A DNA stretch of 64,000 nt from NCBI GenBank assembly GCA_964512835.1, contig CAZELA010000001.1, positions 425,372 through 489,371 of the forward strand. The letters are read 5' to 3'. The stretch's first letter is position 1; every line of letters begins with the position of its first letter. The stretch comes from an uncultured Candidatus Saccharibacteria bacterium (GTDB lineage: Bacteria; Patescibacteriota; Minisyncoccia; Phycocordibacterales; UBA2100). Below the pieces are notes generated by a model. The model worked only from the letters and a program-made list of their open reading frames with translations. It searched no databases and had not been told where the DNA came from. Below, piece by piece: positions 8,535 to 18,727 of this stretch. A program made the position numbers and the translations under genes.

Positions 8535-9680
8535 ATGCTAAATATCCGTCTTCCGTTCCGCGAAGATGTATTCGCGATTGTTGATATCGGGCCGGGTGGC
8601 GCACGAGCTGCGCTCGCTTCGCACGTCAACGGCGCGGTTCACGTATATGCCCAAACGCATACGCTTATCAGTATCGAAAGCGAAACCCCCGAGCATTCGA
8701 TCGCCGCGATAGGCGAACGATTAGACGACGTGTGCAAACGGCTTCTAGAAAAAGGCGCACAGAAAGGACTGAATGCGCGGGTCTCCCGTGTGTATTGCGT
8801 CGTTCATCAGCCATGGACACATTCTTTGACTGTTCGAAAACGTGTCGACTACAAAGAAGAGAAAAAAATCTACGAGGCCGATATAAGCGCGCTTGCAAAG
8901 GAGATGTTGGGTGAGATCAAGGGGATTGATATGAACGCCATGATGGAGGCGGCGGTCATTCGTACGTGGCTCAACGGGTATCCGGTGGTAAAACCCGAAA
9001 ACAGAACCGCTCACGCACTCGTTGTCTGCGCACTGGTCAGCGATATAGACCAGACCGTAAAAAAGAACGCCGAAGCGGCAATTCTGCGAGCGTTTCCTAC
9101 GGCGGCCGTTGAATGGCGTTCTGCGGCACGAGTAATGCAGGTGGTGCTCGGCAGTGTTTTGCGCGACGATGAGAACTATCTTGCGGTGGACATGGGGCTC
9201 GATGTGTCGCATCTGATCTCGGTACGCGACGGATTTCCGATGGGCGAGCGCGTCGTCCCGCAGGGTCTGCGAACGATCCTCACCCGTATCGATCCCAAGC
9301 GAGTCGCCGAAGAAACACTCGGGTTCATCCGTATGCTCAGCCGAGATGCCTGTGAAGGCACGGCGTGCGAAGCGATATCAGCAGCAATGGCGTCGGCGGA
9401 GCCGGAGTTTGCAAAGATTTTCGGAGAGGCATTCGGCGGTCTTGCTGCAGACCGACGGCTTGCCAACACGCTCGTACTGCTCGCAAACCCTGACGTTGTG
9501 GATTGGATGCGGCAGTTCTTTTCGCGACTTGATTTTACGCAGTTCACCGCCACGACGCTACCGTTCAATGTGACTGTGCTCGACGCGACCGATTCCCGAC
9601 TCAAAATTTCTACCGATGAAGATCTGCATGCGCAGATCATTTTTGCGGCCGCACTTGTTAACAGGGAATTGAGCGAGTGA
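8535..9680 (+). CDS. actin-fold ATPase, FtsA/PilM-like
   Basis: 381 aa. The N-terminal segment (AIVDIGPGGARAAL) and second-half segment (LAVDMGLDVSHLISVRDGFPMGERVVPQGL) resemble the two phosphate-binding halves of FtsA/PilM. Confidence 0.4.
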   Translation: MLNIRLPFREDVFAIVDIGPGGARAALASHVNGAVHVYAQTHTLISIESETPEHSIAAIGERLDDVCKRLLEKGAQKGLNARVSRVYCVVHQPWTHSLTVRKRVDYKEEKKIYEADISALAKEMLGEIKGIDMNAMMEAAVIRTWLNGYPVVKPENRTAHALVVCALVSDIDQTVKKNAEAAILRAFPTAAVEWRSAARVMQVVLGSVLRDDENYLAVDMGLDVSHLISVRDGFPMGERVVPQGLRTILTRIDPKRVAEETLGFIRMLSRDACEGTACEAISAAMASAEPEFAKIFGEAFGGLAADRRLANTLVLLANPDVVDWMRQFFSRLDFTQFTATTLPFNVTVLDATDSRLKISTDEDLHAQIIFAAALVNRELSE

Positions 9681-9717
9681 ATTGCGGTAAGCCCTACCGT
9701 GATATACTTCCATTTCA

Positions 9718-11160
9718 ATGGCAAAGGATTATTTTCAGGATATCCTGCCCCCGCAAAACGGCGGTCGTAAAGCACCTGGCCGATCGACCAAGCTTGCGCG
9801 GGACCCCGATGTTCGGCCGGCTGCGACCGTAGAAGAGGAGGCGCCGCTGCCTGCAATGGATAGTGACGAAGACGAAGTCGCCGTACCGACCGAAGCTGAA
9901 GATGCCGGACCGGCGCATGAGGCTGCGCCTGAACGCTCCATCCGAAACATATCCGCACCGCGAAGACGCGATGACTTACAAGACGCGCCGCGGTATTCTC
10001 CGCCTATGCCGACCGCTAAAAAATCCCGCCGCATCTGGTTGTGGCTGGTTGTTTTCGTCCTTGTTGCAGTCCTCGGTATATTGGGGATGATTGCGCTGCG
10101 CGGCACGTCCGTTTCGGTCGTCCCTCGATCTCATAATGTCATCTTCGACGAAACGTCTCGCTTTACGGCATATCCGAAGGACGCTGCCTCGACAGGATCG
10201 CTGTCATACACGATACAGCTCGTGGAAATAGAGGATTCGGAGCCCGTAGAGAGCACGGGTACCGTTCACGCCGAGGAAAAGGCAAGCGGATCGATCACTG
10301 TATTCAATAATTATCAGACTGCGCCGGTCAAACTAGTCAAAAATACTCGCTTTGAAGCACCGGGTGGTCTCATTTTTAGAGCACCGGCAGATATCGTTGT
10401 GCCCGGTAAGTCAGGCAACACGCCGGGGCAAGTAACCGTTACCGTCGTCGCCGACGCCGCGGGTGATCAATACAATATTGCGCCCTCGAAGCTCACGGTC
10501 CCCGGACTGAAGGGTAGTGCTGAATTCGATCAGGTTTACGCACAGTCAGCCGCAGCATTTACGGGAGGTTTCAGCGGAGACCGCCCGGGAGTTTCTGAAA
10601 GCGCTCTTGCCGGTGCGCGTTCCGCGGTACGGGCTCGTCTAGAGCAGAAAGTGCGTGAGGCAATCACTGCGCTTTCAAACGAATCGGTTGCAACATTTCC
10701 CGAGCTTGCGCTGGTTACATACGTAGATCTTCCGACAACGCAGGAGACCGCCGGGGCTCGTATTCACGAAAAAGTATCGGCATCCGTCCCGCTCATGTCC
10801 GCCCCGGATTTTGCGCTTGCGGTCGCACGAACAGTCTCTGCGGAAACGGATAATGCACAGATCAAAATGGTCGGCATGAAGGACTTTGGCGGCCTGCTGG
10901 TCTCGGCTTCGACAACCCCGGGCGTTGATCCTGTCCAGTTTCAGCTGACAGGCCAGGCTATGCTCGTGTGGCAGGTAAACGGTGACGAACTCGCCCAGGC
11001 GCTCGCAGGGCGTGATCAGAGTGCCTTCCAGACGATTGTGACAGGGTTCCCGGGTATACAGTCGGCAACCGCTCGCATTGAGCCGTTCTGGTCGAGCACA
11101 TTCCCCGGGGATGCATCGCGTATTCGCATTAAAATAGCCGACCCGGCGGTATCAAATTAG
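9718..11160 (+). CDS. hypothetical membrane-anchored protein (disordered acidic/Pro-rich N-terminus, single TM, large extracytoplasmic domain)
   Basis: 480 aa. There is one hydrophobic span ([22 protein letters not shown]) at about aa 105-125. No recognisable motifs. Confidence 0.45.
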   Translation: MAKDYFQDILPPQNGGRKAPGRSTKLARDPDVRPAATVEEEAPLPAMDSDEDEVAVPTEAEDAGPAHEAAPERSIRNISAPRRRDDLQDAPRYSPPMPTAKKSRRIWLWLVVFVLVAVLGILGMIALRGTSVSVVPRSHNVIFDETSRFTAYPKDAASTGSLSYTIQLVEIEDSEPVESTGTVHAEEKASGSITVFNNYQTAPVKLVKNTRFEAPGGLIFRAPADIVVPGKSGNTPGQVTVTVVADAAGDQYNIAPSKLTVPGLKGSAEFDQVYAQSAAAFTGGFSGDRPGVSESALAGARSAVRARLEQKVREAITALSNESVATFPELALVTYVDLPTTQETAGARIHEKVSASVPLMSAPDFALAVARTVSAETDNAQIKMVGMKDFGGLLVSASTTPGVDPVQFQLTGQAMLVWQVNGDELAQALAGRDQSAFQTIVTGFPGIQSATARIEPFWSSTFPGDASRIRIKIADPAVSN

Positions 11161-11221
11161 GGTGCACCAGGCCAAAAGCTTGACTCAAAGCCACCTAATT
11201 GATACTCTACTCCACGCAGAT

Positions 11222-11428
11222 ATGGCTGAAGCAGAAGTTGTGGAAGGGACCGTCGAAGAGGCGCTTCCGAACACGCTATTTCGCGTAAAGCTCGACAAAG
11301 GCGAAACGGTACTTTCGTACCTTGCCGGGAAAATGCGTCTGCACAGAATTAAAGTGCTCGTCGGCGATCGTGTGCAAGTGCAACTCGATCCGTACGGCGG
11401 CAGGGCAAGGATCGTCCGCCGTTCCTAA
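11222..11428 (+). CDS. infA: translation initiation factor IF-1
   Basis: [67 protein letters not shown] matches the IF-1 S1-like fold consensus. Confidence 0.85.
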   Translation: MAEAEVVEGTVEEALPNTLFRVKLDKGETVLSYLAGKMRLHRIKVLVGDRVQVQLDPYGGRARIVRRS

Positions 11429-11497
11429 ACCCGTCTCTATAGTCCCGCCCGCCTGAGAATGTCTTGGGAGGTAGGGATAACGGTGGTATTCAAAAAC

Positions 11498-11611
11498 ATG
11501 AAAGTTAAAGCATCCGTCAAAAAAATTTGTATGCATTGCCGACACGTCAAGCGACGCGGTCGACTTTGGGTTATTTGCAGCAATCCGCGCCATAAACAGC
11601 GACAGGGTTAA
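11498..11611 (+). CDS. rpmJ: 50S ribosomal protein L36
   Basis: A 37 aa ORF ([37 protein letters not shown]) absent from the ORF track. It has the canonical L36 zinc-ribbon pattern C..C..C..H. Confidence 0.85.
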   Translation: MKVKASVKKICMHCRHVKRRGRLWVICSNPRHKQRQG

Positions 11612-11634
11612 TTAGTAGGCTTCATCATTATTTC

Positions 11635-12015
11635 ATGCGTGTAGCAGGCATAACAATTCCGGACGATAAGCGACTTGAGGTCTCCCTCACGGCTATCTAC
11701 GGCGTGGGACGACCGCGCGCAAAGGCGACGCTCGATGCGCTGGGTATCGATTGGGGATTGACCGCAAAGGAGCTTTCTGCGGCCCAGGAGTCTTCGCTCC
11801 GCGAAGCGCTTGAGAAGTTCACGGTAGAGGGTGAACTGCGCCGACAGATCAGCGCCAACGTTCGCCGACTCAAAGACATCAAGTCGTATCGAGGCTCGCG
11901 GCACCAGAAGAAGCTGCCGGCTCGCGGCCAACGCACCAAGACAAACAATCGTACGATCCGCGGTAACAAGCGAACGACGATGACATCAGGCCGACGTAAG
12001 CTTGAAAAGACATGA
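11635..12015 (+). CDS. rpsM: 30S ribosomal protein S13
   Basis: MRVAGITIPDDKRLEVSLTAIYGVGRPRA... is the canonical S13 N-terminus, with the basic C-terminal tail. Confidence 0.9.
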   Translation: MRVAGITIPDDKRLEVSLTAIYGVGRPRAKATLDALGIDWGLTAKELSAAQESSLREALEKFTVEGELRRQISANVRRLKDIKSYRGSRHQKKLPARGQRTKTNNRTIRGNKRTTMTSGRRKLEKT

Positions 12016-12050
12016 TCCGCGGCTAGCGAATTGTGTATTGAACTAAATCT

Positions 12051-12485
12051 ATGGGAAAGAAACGAATCATTCGAAAATCAGGCGGTAGCGTTGACGCGGG
12101 ACTCAAGTCGCGAGCTTTGGCGCGTGTCGCAAAAAAGAACATCGTACAGGGTACGCTTCATATTCATGCGACATACAACAACACGAAAGTGTTGCTCGCA
12201 GATAAGAACGGAAACGCGATCGCATGGTCGTCATCCGGTAGCCTGGGCTTTTCCGGTGCAAAAAAGGGTACGCCGTTTGCGGCGGCAAAGGTCGGTGAGA
12301 TCGTCGGCGACAAGGCGGTCATTATCGGCGTCAAGGAAGTCGATGTCATCATTCGTGGTGTCGGTTCCGGCCGTGAGTCCGCTCTTCGTGCATTCGCAGG
12401 AAAGGGGGTTGACGTTACCCGAATCTCGGACGATACGCCGGTTCCGCACAACGGACCGCGACCGCCGAAGCCGCGACGCGTCTAA
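12051..12485 (+). CDS. rpsK: 30S ribosomal protein S11
   Basis: GTLHIHATYNNTKVLLADKNGNAIAWSSSGSLGFSGAKKGTPFAAAKV is the S11 signature. Confidence 0.9.
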   Translation: MGKKRIIRKSGGSVDAGLKSRALARVAKKNIVQGTLHIHATYNNTKVLLADKNGNAIAWSSSGSLGFSGAKKGTPFAAAKVGEIVGDKAVIIGVKEVDVIIRGVGSGRESALRAFAGKGVDVTRISDDTPVPHNGPRPPKPRRV

Positions 12486-12500
12486 TTTTAAATACCATCT

Positions 12501-13112
12501 ATGTTGCCTGTTAAATCAAAGTACAAGATCGCGAAGCGCCTCGGAGCAGGTGTGTTCGAGCAGACGCAGACACAGAAGTTTGCGTTGTCTGAGCAGCGTT
12601 CGGCTGCAACCAAAAAGAAGCCTCGAGGACGCGGAGGTTCAGACTACGGACGACAGTTGCTTGAGAAGCAGCGTGTTCGATACACCTATGGCCTCAATGA
12701 GCGCCAGCTCTCCAACTACGCGGAAAAGGCGATGAAAGAAGCCGATCCGTCGACCGCACTGCACCGCATGCTTGAACAGCGCGCCGACAGCGTTGTATAC
12801 CGCGCAGGTCTTGCCGGTACCCGCCGTATGGCACGACAGCTCGTTTCGCACGGCCATATCATGGTTAACGGCCGCCGCACAACGACGCCGTCACACCACC
12901 TCAAAAAGGGTGATGTCATCACCGTACGAGAAGGCAGCCGCCAGAGCCCGCTTTTTGCCGGCCTTTCCGAAAAGGAGAACAATCGCTCGGTACCGCAGTG
13001 GGTTGCAGTCGATCTCGGTCTTTTGAAGGCGGAGGTCTCCGGCGAGCCTGCGTACACCACGGTTGAGACAGGCTTGGATTATGCGACCGTGTTTGAGTTC
13101 TACAGCAGATAG
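12501..13112 (+). CDS. rpsD: 30S ribosomal protein S4
   Basis: S4 N-terminus plus the S4 RNA-binding domain (LDSVVYRAGLAGTRRMARQLVSHGHIMVNGRR). Confidence 0.9.
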   Translation: MLPVKSKYKIAKRLGAGVFEQTQTQKFALSEQRSAATKKKPRGRGGSDYGRQLLEKQRVRYTYGLNERQLSNYAEKAMKEADPSTALHRMLEQRADSVVYRAGLAGTRRMARQLVSHGHIMVNGRRTTTPSHHLKKGDVITVREGSRQSPLFAGLSEKENNRSVPQWVAVDLGLLKAEVSGEPAYTTVETGLDYATVFEFYSR

Positions 13113-13183
13113 TGTTATAATCCGCCGAAATTTTGCCACTTACTTTTATTTATTAGTCAAGTCACTAATTTTCAAACAACAAT

Positions 13184-14158
13184 ATGTCTGACTATCACAT
13201 CGCACTTCCGTCTAAGCCTCGCGTCGTCAACGAAAGCGAGCGCAGCGGTACATACGAGATCGACGGTCTTTACCCGGGATACGGATACACCCTCGGTAAC
13301 TCGCTCCGCCGTATCATTCTTTCGTCGCTTCCGGGTGCGGCAGTTACGCATGTAAAAATGCCGGGCGTTGCTCACGAGTTCTCTACGATTGAAGGTGTAA
13401 AGGAGGACGTTGTTACGATCCTTCTCAATATCCGAAAGATTCGCTTGAAGCTCTCAACTGACGAACCTCAGACAATCACCTTGAACGTCAAGGGGCCGAA
13501 GACCGTAACCGCGGAAGATTTGAATCTTCCGGGTCAGGTGGAAATCCTCAATCCGGATCAGGTTATCGCCGAAGTAACCGGCAAGGGAACGTTCGAGCTC
13601 GAGCTCCGGGCAGAGCGCGGACTCGGCTATATCCCGAAGGAGGAACACCAGAAGGAGCGCGTAGATATCGGTTCGATCGCTCTTGATGCAATCTTCAGCC
13701 CGATCCGCCGCGCAAACTACGAAGTAGAGAATATGCGCGTCGGTGACCGAACGGACTTCAACCGCCTTCGCATTCTTATCGAGACCGACGGCACACTTGC
13801 TCCGCGCGAGGCACTCGAGACCTCGATCACTACCATGATCCATCAGCTTAAAGCTGTTGTCGGTTTCAAGGAGGAAGAGGCTCCGGAGCTCACCCCTGCA
13901 GCTATCACTGACGTACGCATGGGTTTGCCGGAAAAGGTACAGCCGATGGATGCAGAGATCCTCAAAACCCGAATCACCGAGCTCAGCATGCCGCAGCGCG
14001 TTGAGCAGGCCCTTGATAATGCCTCGATCCGAACAGTCGGCGGCCTTGTACGCAAGCGAGAGGATGACCTCTTGGCGATCGAAGGACTCGGACAGAAGGG
14101 TTTGCAGGATATTAAGCGAGCGCTTTCGAATCTCGGACTCACGCTCCGCAGCCAGTAA
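13184..14158 (+). CDS. rpoA: DNA-directed RNA polymerase subunit alpha
   Basis: 324 aa. The N-terminal dimerisation domain (GYGYTLGNSLRRIILSSLPGAAV) and a C-terminal alpha-CTD are both present. Confidence 0.9.
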   Translation: MSDYHIALPSKPRVVNESERSGTYEIDGLYPGYGYTLGNSLRRIILSSLPGAAVTHVKMPGVAHEFSTIEGVKEDVVTILLNIRKIRLKLSTDEPQTITLNVKGPKTVTAEDLNLPGQVEILNPDQVIAEVTGKGTFELELRAERGLGYIPKEEHQKERVDIGSIALDAIFSPIRRANYEVENMRVGDRTDFNRLRILIETDGTLAPREALETSITTMIHQLKAVVGFKEEEAPELTPAAITDVRMGLPEKVQPMDAEILKTRITELSMPQRVEQALDNASIRTVGGLVRKREDDLLAIEGLGQKGLQDIKRALSNLGLTLRSQ

Positions 14159-14168
14159 TTGAATACGT

Positions 14169-14522
14169 ATGCGACATCACGTTAAAAACCGAACATTGGG
14201 ACGAGACAAGCGACAGCGCACTGCGCTTTTGCGATCACTCGCACGATCAATCATCCTTCAGGAGGGTATCGTGACGACGATTGCGAAGGCGAAAGAAGTA
14301 CGCCCGTTCGTCGAGCGACTGGTGACTACGTCGAAGCAGAACAGCGTTGCCTCACGTCGTGATGTAATGGCGCGCTTGAATTCTGCAACCGCAACCAAGA
14401 AGTTGCACGACACCATCGCACCCCGATATGCAGAGCGAGCCGGAGGATACACTCGAATCGTTCGCCTCGGCCGTATCGGTACTCGTGTTGTTGATTCCGC
14501 CCGAATCGAATTTGTTAAATAG
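14169..14522 (+). CDS. rplQ: 50S ribosomal protein L17
   Basis: MRHHVKNRTLGRDKRQRTALLRSLARSIILQEGIVTTIAKAKEVRPFVERLVT is the L17 consensus. Confidence 0.9.
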   Translation: MRHHVKNRTLGRDKRQRTALLRSLARSIILQEGIVTTIAKAKEVRPFVERLVTTSKQNSVASRRDVMARLNSATATKKLHDTIAPRYAERAGGYTRIVRLGRIGTRVVDSARIEFVK

Positions 14523-14524
14523 TT

Positions 14525-14878
14525 ATGGCTACAAAAACCTATACAATCGACGCAGCAGGTAAGACAATCGGACGCATTGCATCCGAGGCTGCAAAGGCGC
14601 TCATGGGAAAGACCTCGGCTGATTACACGCCGAACGTTCGCTCGGACGTGAAGGTCACGGTCAATAACTGCTCGAAGATCTATACACGAGAGCGAAAGCG
14701 ACAGCAGAAAGTCTATACGAACTACTCCGGACACCCGGGAGGCCTTAAGAAGGAGACGCTCGCGAACCTCAACGCCCGCAAAGGACACGGTGAGGCCGTC
14801 CGTGTGGCCGTTTCGCGAATGATCCCGCGCAACACGATGCACACTGCCCGCATGAAAAATCTTACCGTTAACGCATAA
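14525..14878 (+). CDS. rplM: 50S ribosomal protein L13
   Basis: GKTIGRIASEAAKALMGKTSADYTPNVRSDVKVTVNN and YSGHPGGLK are L13 motifs. Confidence 0.85.
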   Translation: MATKTYTIDAAGKTIGRIASEAAKALMGKTSADYTPNVRSDVKVTVNNCSKIYTRERKRQQKVYTNYSGHPGGLKKETLANLNARKGHGEAVRVAVSRMIPRNTMHTARMKNLTVNA

Positions 14879-14882
14879 GTCT

Positions 14883-15275
14883 ATGGCAACCAAGGAATAC
14901 ACAGAGGCAGTCGGACGACGAAAGACCGCAAGCGCACGAGTGCGACTGACGGCTGCAAAGACGTCATCCATGATCGTCAACGACAGAACTGCGGAGGAAT
15001 ATTTTCCGCTCGCGCAGATGGTAAAGACGGCATTTTCTCCGCTCTCCGCTCTCGGCGCAACATTCGCGGTTACGGTTAAGGTGCACGGTGGTGGCCACAA
15101 GGCCCAGGCGGATGCAATCCGACACGGCATCTCTCGTGCGATGATCGCGATTGAACCGACCCAGCGAAAAGACCTCAAGGTCCGAGGATTCCTCAAACGA
15201 GATCCCCGTGCCAAGGAACGAAAGAAGTTCGGTCTCAAGGGGGCACGACGATCCCCACAGTGGTCCAAACGATAA
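14883..15275 (+). CDS. rpsI: 30S ribosomal protein S9
   Basis: The C-terminus (GLKGARRSPQWSKR) is the canonical S9 end. Confidence 0.9.
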   Translation: MATKEYTEAVGRRKTASARVRLTAAKTSSMIVNDRTAEEYFPLAQMVKTAFSPLSALGATFAVTVKVHGGGHKAQADAIRHGISRAMIAIEPTQRKDLKVRGFLKRDPRAKERKKFGLKGARRSPQWSKR

Positions 15276-15328
15276 AAGTAGAGGGCTCTCCGAAAGGAGA
15301 GCCCTTTTTAGTTTGGACCACTGTGGGG
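15254..15328 (+). terminator. rpsI terminator module 1 (GAAA-tetraloop hairpin + T-run, nested in an 18-bp inverted repeat that includes the rpsI 3' codons)
   Basis: GAGGGCTCTCC-GAAA-GGAGAGCCC-TTTTT. It is flanked by the pairing arms CCCCACAGTGGTCCAAAC / GTTTGGACCACTGTGGGG. Confidence 0.7.
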
Positions 15329-15394
15329 AGGAGGGGGGCGGGGAACCTATCGGTTCCCCGTGGAGGAGGGTTTGGGAAAACCGTGGGTTTCCCA

Positions 15395-15457
15395 GGACCG
15401 CGAGCGGTCCAAACGATAAAAGTAAAAGATTCCCCGAAAGGGGAATCTTTTCGTTTA
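15395..15457 (+). repeat. tandem diverged copy of rpsI 3' end + terminator hairpin
   Basis: GGTCCAAACGATAAAAGTA is identical over 19 nt at 15262-15280 and 15407-15425. It is followed by a different GAAA-tetraloop hairpin (GATTCCCC-GAAA-GGGGAATC-TTTTCGTTT). Confidence 0.7.
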
Positions 15458-15512
15458 GCTGTCCAAATCCCGGACTGCCTTGTTTTGACAGCAAGGAAAT
15501 ACGTGGGCACAC

Positions 15513-16139
15513 TTGCACAAGAAACAACGGGAGGCTGCATTGAAGGAGATTTCCGTTCGCATCACACTGTCTAACGAAGTCCCGATGCCTGCCGGACCTC
15601 GTCCGGTAACGGATCCGGTCCACATCGACTGCATAAGTGTCGAAGGTAAGGACTGGACATGGAACGGCAGTAATATCGGTCTTGCGCGCTCTACCGCCGC
15701 ACAGACGGTCCGGCAAACTATGGATGCGCTGAAGGCGAGTTGGAGCGAAGGAGGACTGCGGCCCCTGCGCGCCGACGAGTTTACCCAGATCAATGAATTC
15801 GCTGATGACTGGCCGCCGGAGTGGAAAGACCTGCCGGTCGGCTCGCGGATATTCATACCGGGTACCGAATACAATCTTCGGTACACGGACGAAACATTCC
15901 AGCGCATTTTTGCAACCCGCTACGATCACGAGGTGCAAGACTGGCTGATTGAGTGCGAAGATACTTGCACGCTGCTGAAACCCGGAGATCGATTTGCGTG
16001 CGTTCACGACGGCGATATAGGTACTGTAGACTCATTGCTCTTCAGAGGGATGCGGTCATACGATAGGAGACGCTTATTCGTCGCTCATGACAGGCCGCCG
16101 GCGATCAGGAATCGGTATTATCCCGGGATAGAGGTGTAA
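15513..16139 (+). CDS. hypothetical protein (start uncertain)
   Basis: 208 aa ORF with no recognisable motif. Coding-like composition. Confidence 0.4.
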   Translation: MHKKQREAALKEISVRITLSNEVPMPAGPRPVTDPVHIDCISVEGKDWTWNGSNIGLARSTAAQTVRQTMDALKASWSEGGLRPLRADEFTQINEFADDWPPEWKDLPVGSRIFIPGTEYNLRYTDETFQRIFATRYDHEVQDWLIECEDTCTLLKPGDRFACVHDGDIGTVDSLLFRGMRSYDRRRLFVAHDRPPAIRNRYYPGIEV

Positions 16140-16155
16140 GTATTTGTACATTTTG

Positions 16156-16188
16156 AAAGGCGCCGCGCAGTAGAGCGGCGCCTTTTTT
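16156..16188 (+). terminator. rho-independent terminator
   Basis: AAAGGCGCCGC-GCAGTAGA-GCGGCGCC-TTTTTT. Confidence 0.7.
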
Positions 16189-16215
16189 GCACTGCAAATC
16201 TCAGTTTGATATACT
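16187..16215 (+). promoter_or_regulatory. sigma70-like promoter of grpE-dnaK-dnaJ, giving a leaderless or near-leaderless mRNA
   Basis: TTGCAC (16187-16192), 17-nt spacer, TATACT (16210-16215). The grpE ATG is at 16225, only about 3 nt after the predicted TSS. I saw no CIRCE inverted repeat. Confidence 0.5.
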
Positions 16216-16224
16216 CGCACCGTC

Positions 16225-16794
16225 ATGAAGGAGCACGAAGAACACAACGACGCTCCCAACGAGGAGTTCGTCGATGAAATGGATTTTGAACCGGAGGAGG
16301 AGCTGGGATCCATCGGCGCCGCGCACGCAAAAATTAAGAAATTACGCGCAGAATTGAAAGAAGCGCAGACAAAGCGAGACGAATACCTTGCCGGGTGGCA
16401 GCGAGAAAAGGCCGATGCCATCAATCTGAAAAAGGAGCTCGCGCACGACGGCATACGTATGGCGGCGCGAGTAAAAGAGGGCATGATAGAGGACATTTTG
16501 CCTGCGCTCGACAGTTTCGATATGGCATATGCTTCGGCATCCTGGGAAACAGTTGATCCGACATGGCGCGGAGGAGTCGAAGGAATCAGAAATCAGCTAC
16601 TGGACATGCTGTCGCGAAACGGCGTAGAGCGTTTCGGTAAGGCAGGAGACATATACAGCCCGTTTTTACACGAAGCAGTCCAGGAGGTAGACGATGCTCC
16701 GGGTGAGAGCGGGAGTATCGTTCGAGTTCTGCGCTCTGGTTACAAGGCGGGAGAAAAAGTCATACGGCCCGCGCAAGTGATCGTAAAACAATAG
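16225..16794 (+). CDS. grpE: nucleotide exchange factor GrpE
   Basis: An acidic N-terminus, a coiled-coil region and a C-terminal GrpE beta-domain (IVRVLRSGYKAGEKVIRPAQVIV). Confidence 0.85.
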   Translation: MKEHEEHNDAPNEEFVDEMDFEPEEELGSIGAAHAKIKKLRAELKEAQTKRDEYLAGWQREKADAINLKKELAHDGIRMAARVKEGMIEDILPALDSFDMAYASASWETVDPTWRGGVEGIRNQLLDMLSRNGVERFGKAGDIYSPFLHEAVQEVDDAPGESGSIVRVLRSGYKAGEKVIRPAQVIVKQ

Positions 16795-16867
16795 CATCAA
16801 TAAATTTGACCGAGTGAAAAAACATCGTATAATATAGGAATCATTAGATCTTTAATCATCTACGGCT

Positions 16868-18724
16868 ATGGCAAAAATTCTAGGTATTGATTTGGGAACA
16901 ACAAATTCGGCGATCGCCTATGTGAGCGGCGGCGAGCCGAAGATCATAGAAAACTCCGAAGGTGCGCGCACGACACCGTCTATCGTGGCGCTTTCAAAAA
17001 CCGGTGAACGAATCGTAGGACAGATCGCGAAGCGTCAGGCGGTCACGAATCCGAAGAACACAATCTACCAGATCAAGCGATTCATCGGCCACACATACGA
17101 CGAAGCTGCAGTCCAGAAAGATAAGGGCTCGGTACCGTTCGAGATCCGAAAGTCGGAGAATGGCGGTGTGGAAGTACAAATGGGTGATAAATGGTATCGA
17201 CCCGAAGAAATTTCAGCGATGATCCTCCAAAAGCTGAAGGCGGACGCAGAGGCGCGCCTCGGAGAAACGATCACGGAGGCTGTTATCACAGTCCCCGCAT
17301 ACTTCAACGACACGCAGCGCGCTGCTACGCGAGATGCAGGAAAGATCGCCGGCCTCGACGTGAAGCGCATCATTAATGAACCGACTGCTGCGGCGCTCGC
17401 ATACGGATTCAACAAGAAAAAGGATGAAAAAATCGTCGTGTTCGACTTTGGCGGCGGCACATTCGACATTTCGGTATTGGAAGTCGGTGACGACGTCATC
17501 GAAGTCCGATCAACAGACGGCGACGCACACTTGGGAGGCAAAGATATCGACCAGAAGATCATGCATTGGATCGCCGATGAGTTCAAAAAGGACTCAGGCG
17601 TCGACGTGATCAAGGATCCGCTCGCTCGTCAGCGACTCGACGAGGCGGCCGAGAAGGCAAAGATTGAATTGTCGACAGCAATTGAGACAGAGATCAATAT
17701 TCCGTTCATCACATCGACGGATGCCGGACCGCAGCACCTGCTCATCAAAATGAGTCGGGCAAAGCTCGAGGAGCTCACACAGGAATACATTGATCGTGCA
17801 CTCTCCATTACGAAGCGTGCCGTTGAGGCATCACCGTTTAAGGTAGCCGACATCAACGAGGTCGTGCTCGTAGGCGGACAGACTCGGATGCCCGCAATGC
17901 AAAAGGCTGTTGAGGACTTCTTCGGTAAAAAGCCGCACATGGGTGTGAATCCCGATGAAGTCGTGGCACTGGGCGCGGCACTGCAGGGCGGCATCATGCA
18001 GGGTGACGTAAAAGATGTACTCCTGCTCGACGTTATTCCGCTCTCGCTCGGTATCGAGACCATGGGTGGCATCGCAACAAAGCTGATTGAACGCAACACG
18101 ACAATTCCGACTTCGCGATCGCAAGTGTTCTCGACTGCCTCCGACAATCAACCCTCAGTGGAAATCCACGTGGTCCAGGGTGAACGATCGATGGCCGCAG
18201 ATAACAAATCGCTCGGCAAGTTTAATCTCGACGGGATACCGCCTGCGCCGCGTGGTATGCCGCAGGTCGAGGTTACATTCGACATTGACGCAAACGGCAT
18301 ACTTTCCGTCAAAGCAAAAGACAAAACAACCGGTAAAGAGCAGTCTATCCGCATCGAAGCTGCGTCGGGCCTCAGCGATGCAGAGATCGAAAAAATGCGT
18401 ACCGAGGCGGACGCTAATGCGACGGCGGACGCCGAAAAACGGGCGGTCGTTGAGGCTCAGAACATTGCCGACCAAACCGTATATGCGGCAGAGAAAGCCC
18501 TCCGGGAACACGGCGACAAGGCAGGCGATGCGGTTAAAAAAGATATCCAGGAGAAGATCGATGCCCTCAAAGCAGCGCGAAACGGTTCCGACAAAGACCT
18601 GATTTCGAGTGCCACACAAGCGCTGAATCAGTCAATGAGCGCGATAGGTGAAGCAATGCAGAAGTCGCAAGAAGCTGCCCCGAAGCCTGAAAACGATTCG
18701 TCGTCCGAGGGTGACTCGAAGTAA
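16868..18724 (+). CDS. dnaK: molecular chaperone DnaK (Hsp70)
   Basis: [22 protein letters not shown] and [16 protein letters not shown] are Hsp70 signatures. 618 aa. Confidence 0.95.
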   Translation: MAKILGIDLGTTNSAIAYVSGGEPKIIENSEGARTTPSIVALSKTGERIVGQIAKRQAVTNPKNTIYQIKRFIGHTYDEAAVQKDKGSVPFEIRKSENGGVEVQMGDKWYRPEEISAMILQKLKADAEARLGETITEAVITVPAYFNDTQRAATRDAGKIAGLDVKRIINEPTAAALAYGFNKKKDEKIVVFDFGGGTFDISVLEVGDDVIEVRSTDGDAHLGGKDIDQKIMHWIADEFKKDSGVDVIKDPLARQRLDEAAEKAKIELSTAIETEINIPFITSTDAGPQHLLIKMSRAKLEELTQEYIDRALSITKRAVEASPFKVADINEVVLVGGQTRMPAMQKAVEDFFGKKPHMGVNPDEVVALGAALQGGIMQGDVKDVLLLDVIPLSLGIETMGGIATKLIERNTTIPTSRSQVFSTASDNQPSVEIHVVQGERSMAADNKSLGKFNLDGIPPAPRGMPQVEVTFDIDANGILSVKAKDKTTGKEQSIRIEAASGLSDAEIEKMRTEADANATADAEKRAVVEAQNIADQTVYAAEKALREHGDKAGDAVKKDIQEKIDALKAARNGSDKDLISSATQALNQSMSAIGEAMQKSQEAAPKPENDSSSEGDSK

Positions 18725-18727
18725 ACA

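Noticed and set aside
12031-12735. 234 aa alternative-frame ORF across rpsK and rpsD
   Set aside because: It is out of frame with two canonical ribosomal protein genes and its product is Arg/Ser-rich nonsense.
15300-15360. G-rich tract (GAGGAGGGGGGCGGGG) as a possible G-quadruplex or CRISPR-like repeat
   Set aside because: It is a single occurrence with no spaced repeats. It is part of the hairpin-rich rpsI 3' spacer and is not an array.
14258-16007. Long minus-strand ORFs (336 and 347 aa) opposite rplQ-rplM-rpsI and the downstream hypothetical
   Set aside because: They overlap unmistakable ribosomal protein genes on the plus strand and have no motifs or RBS.
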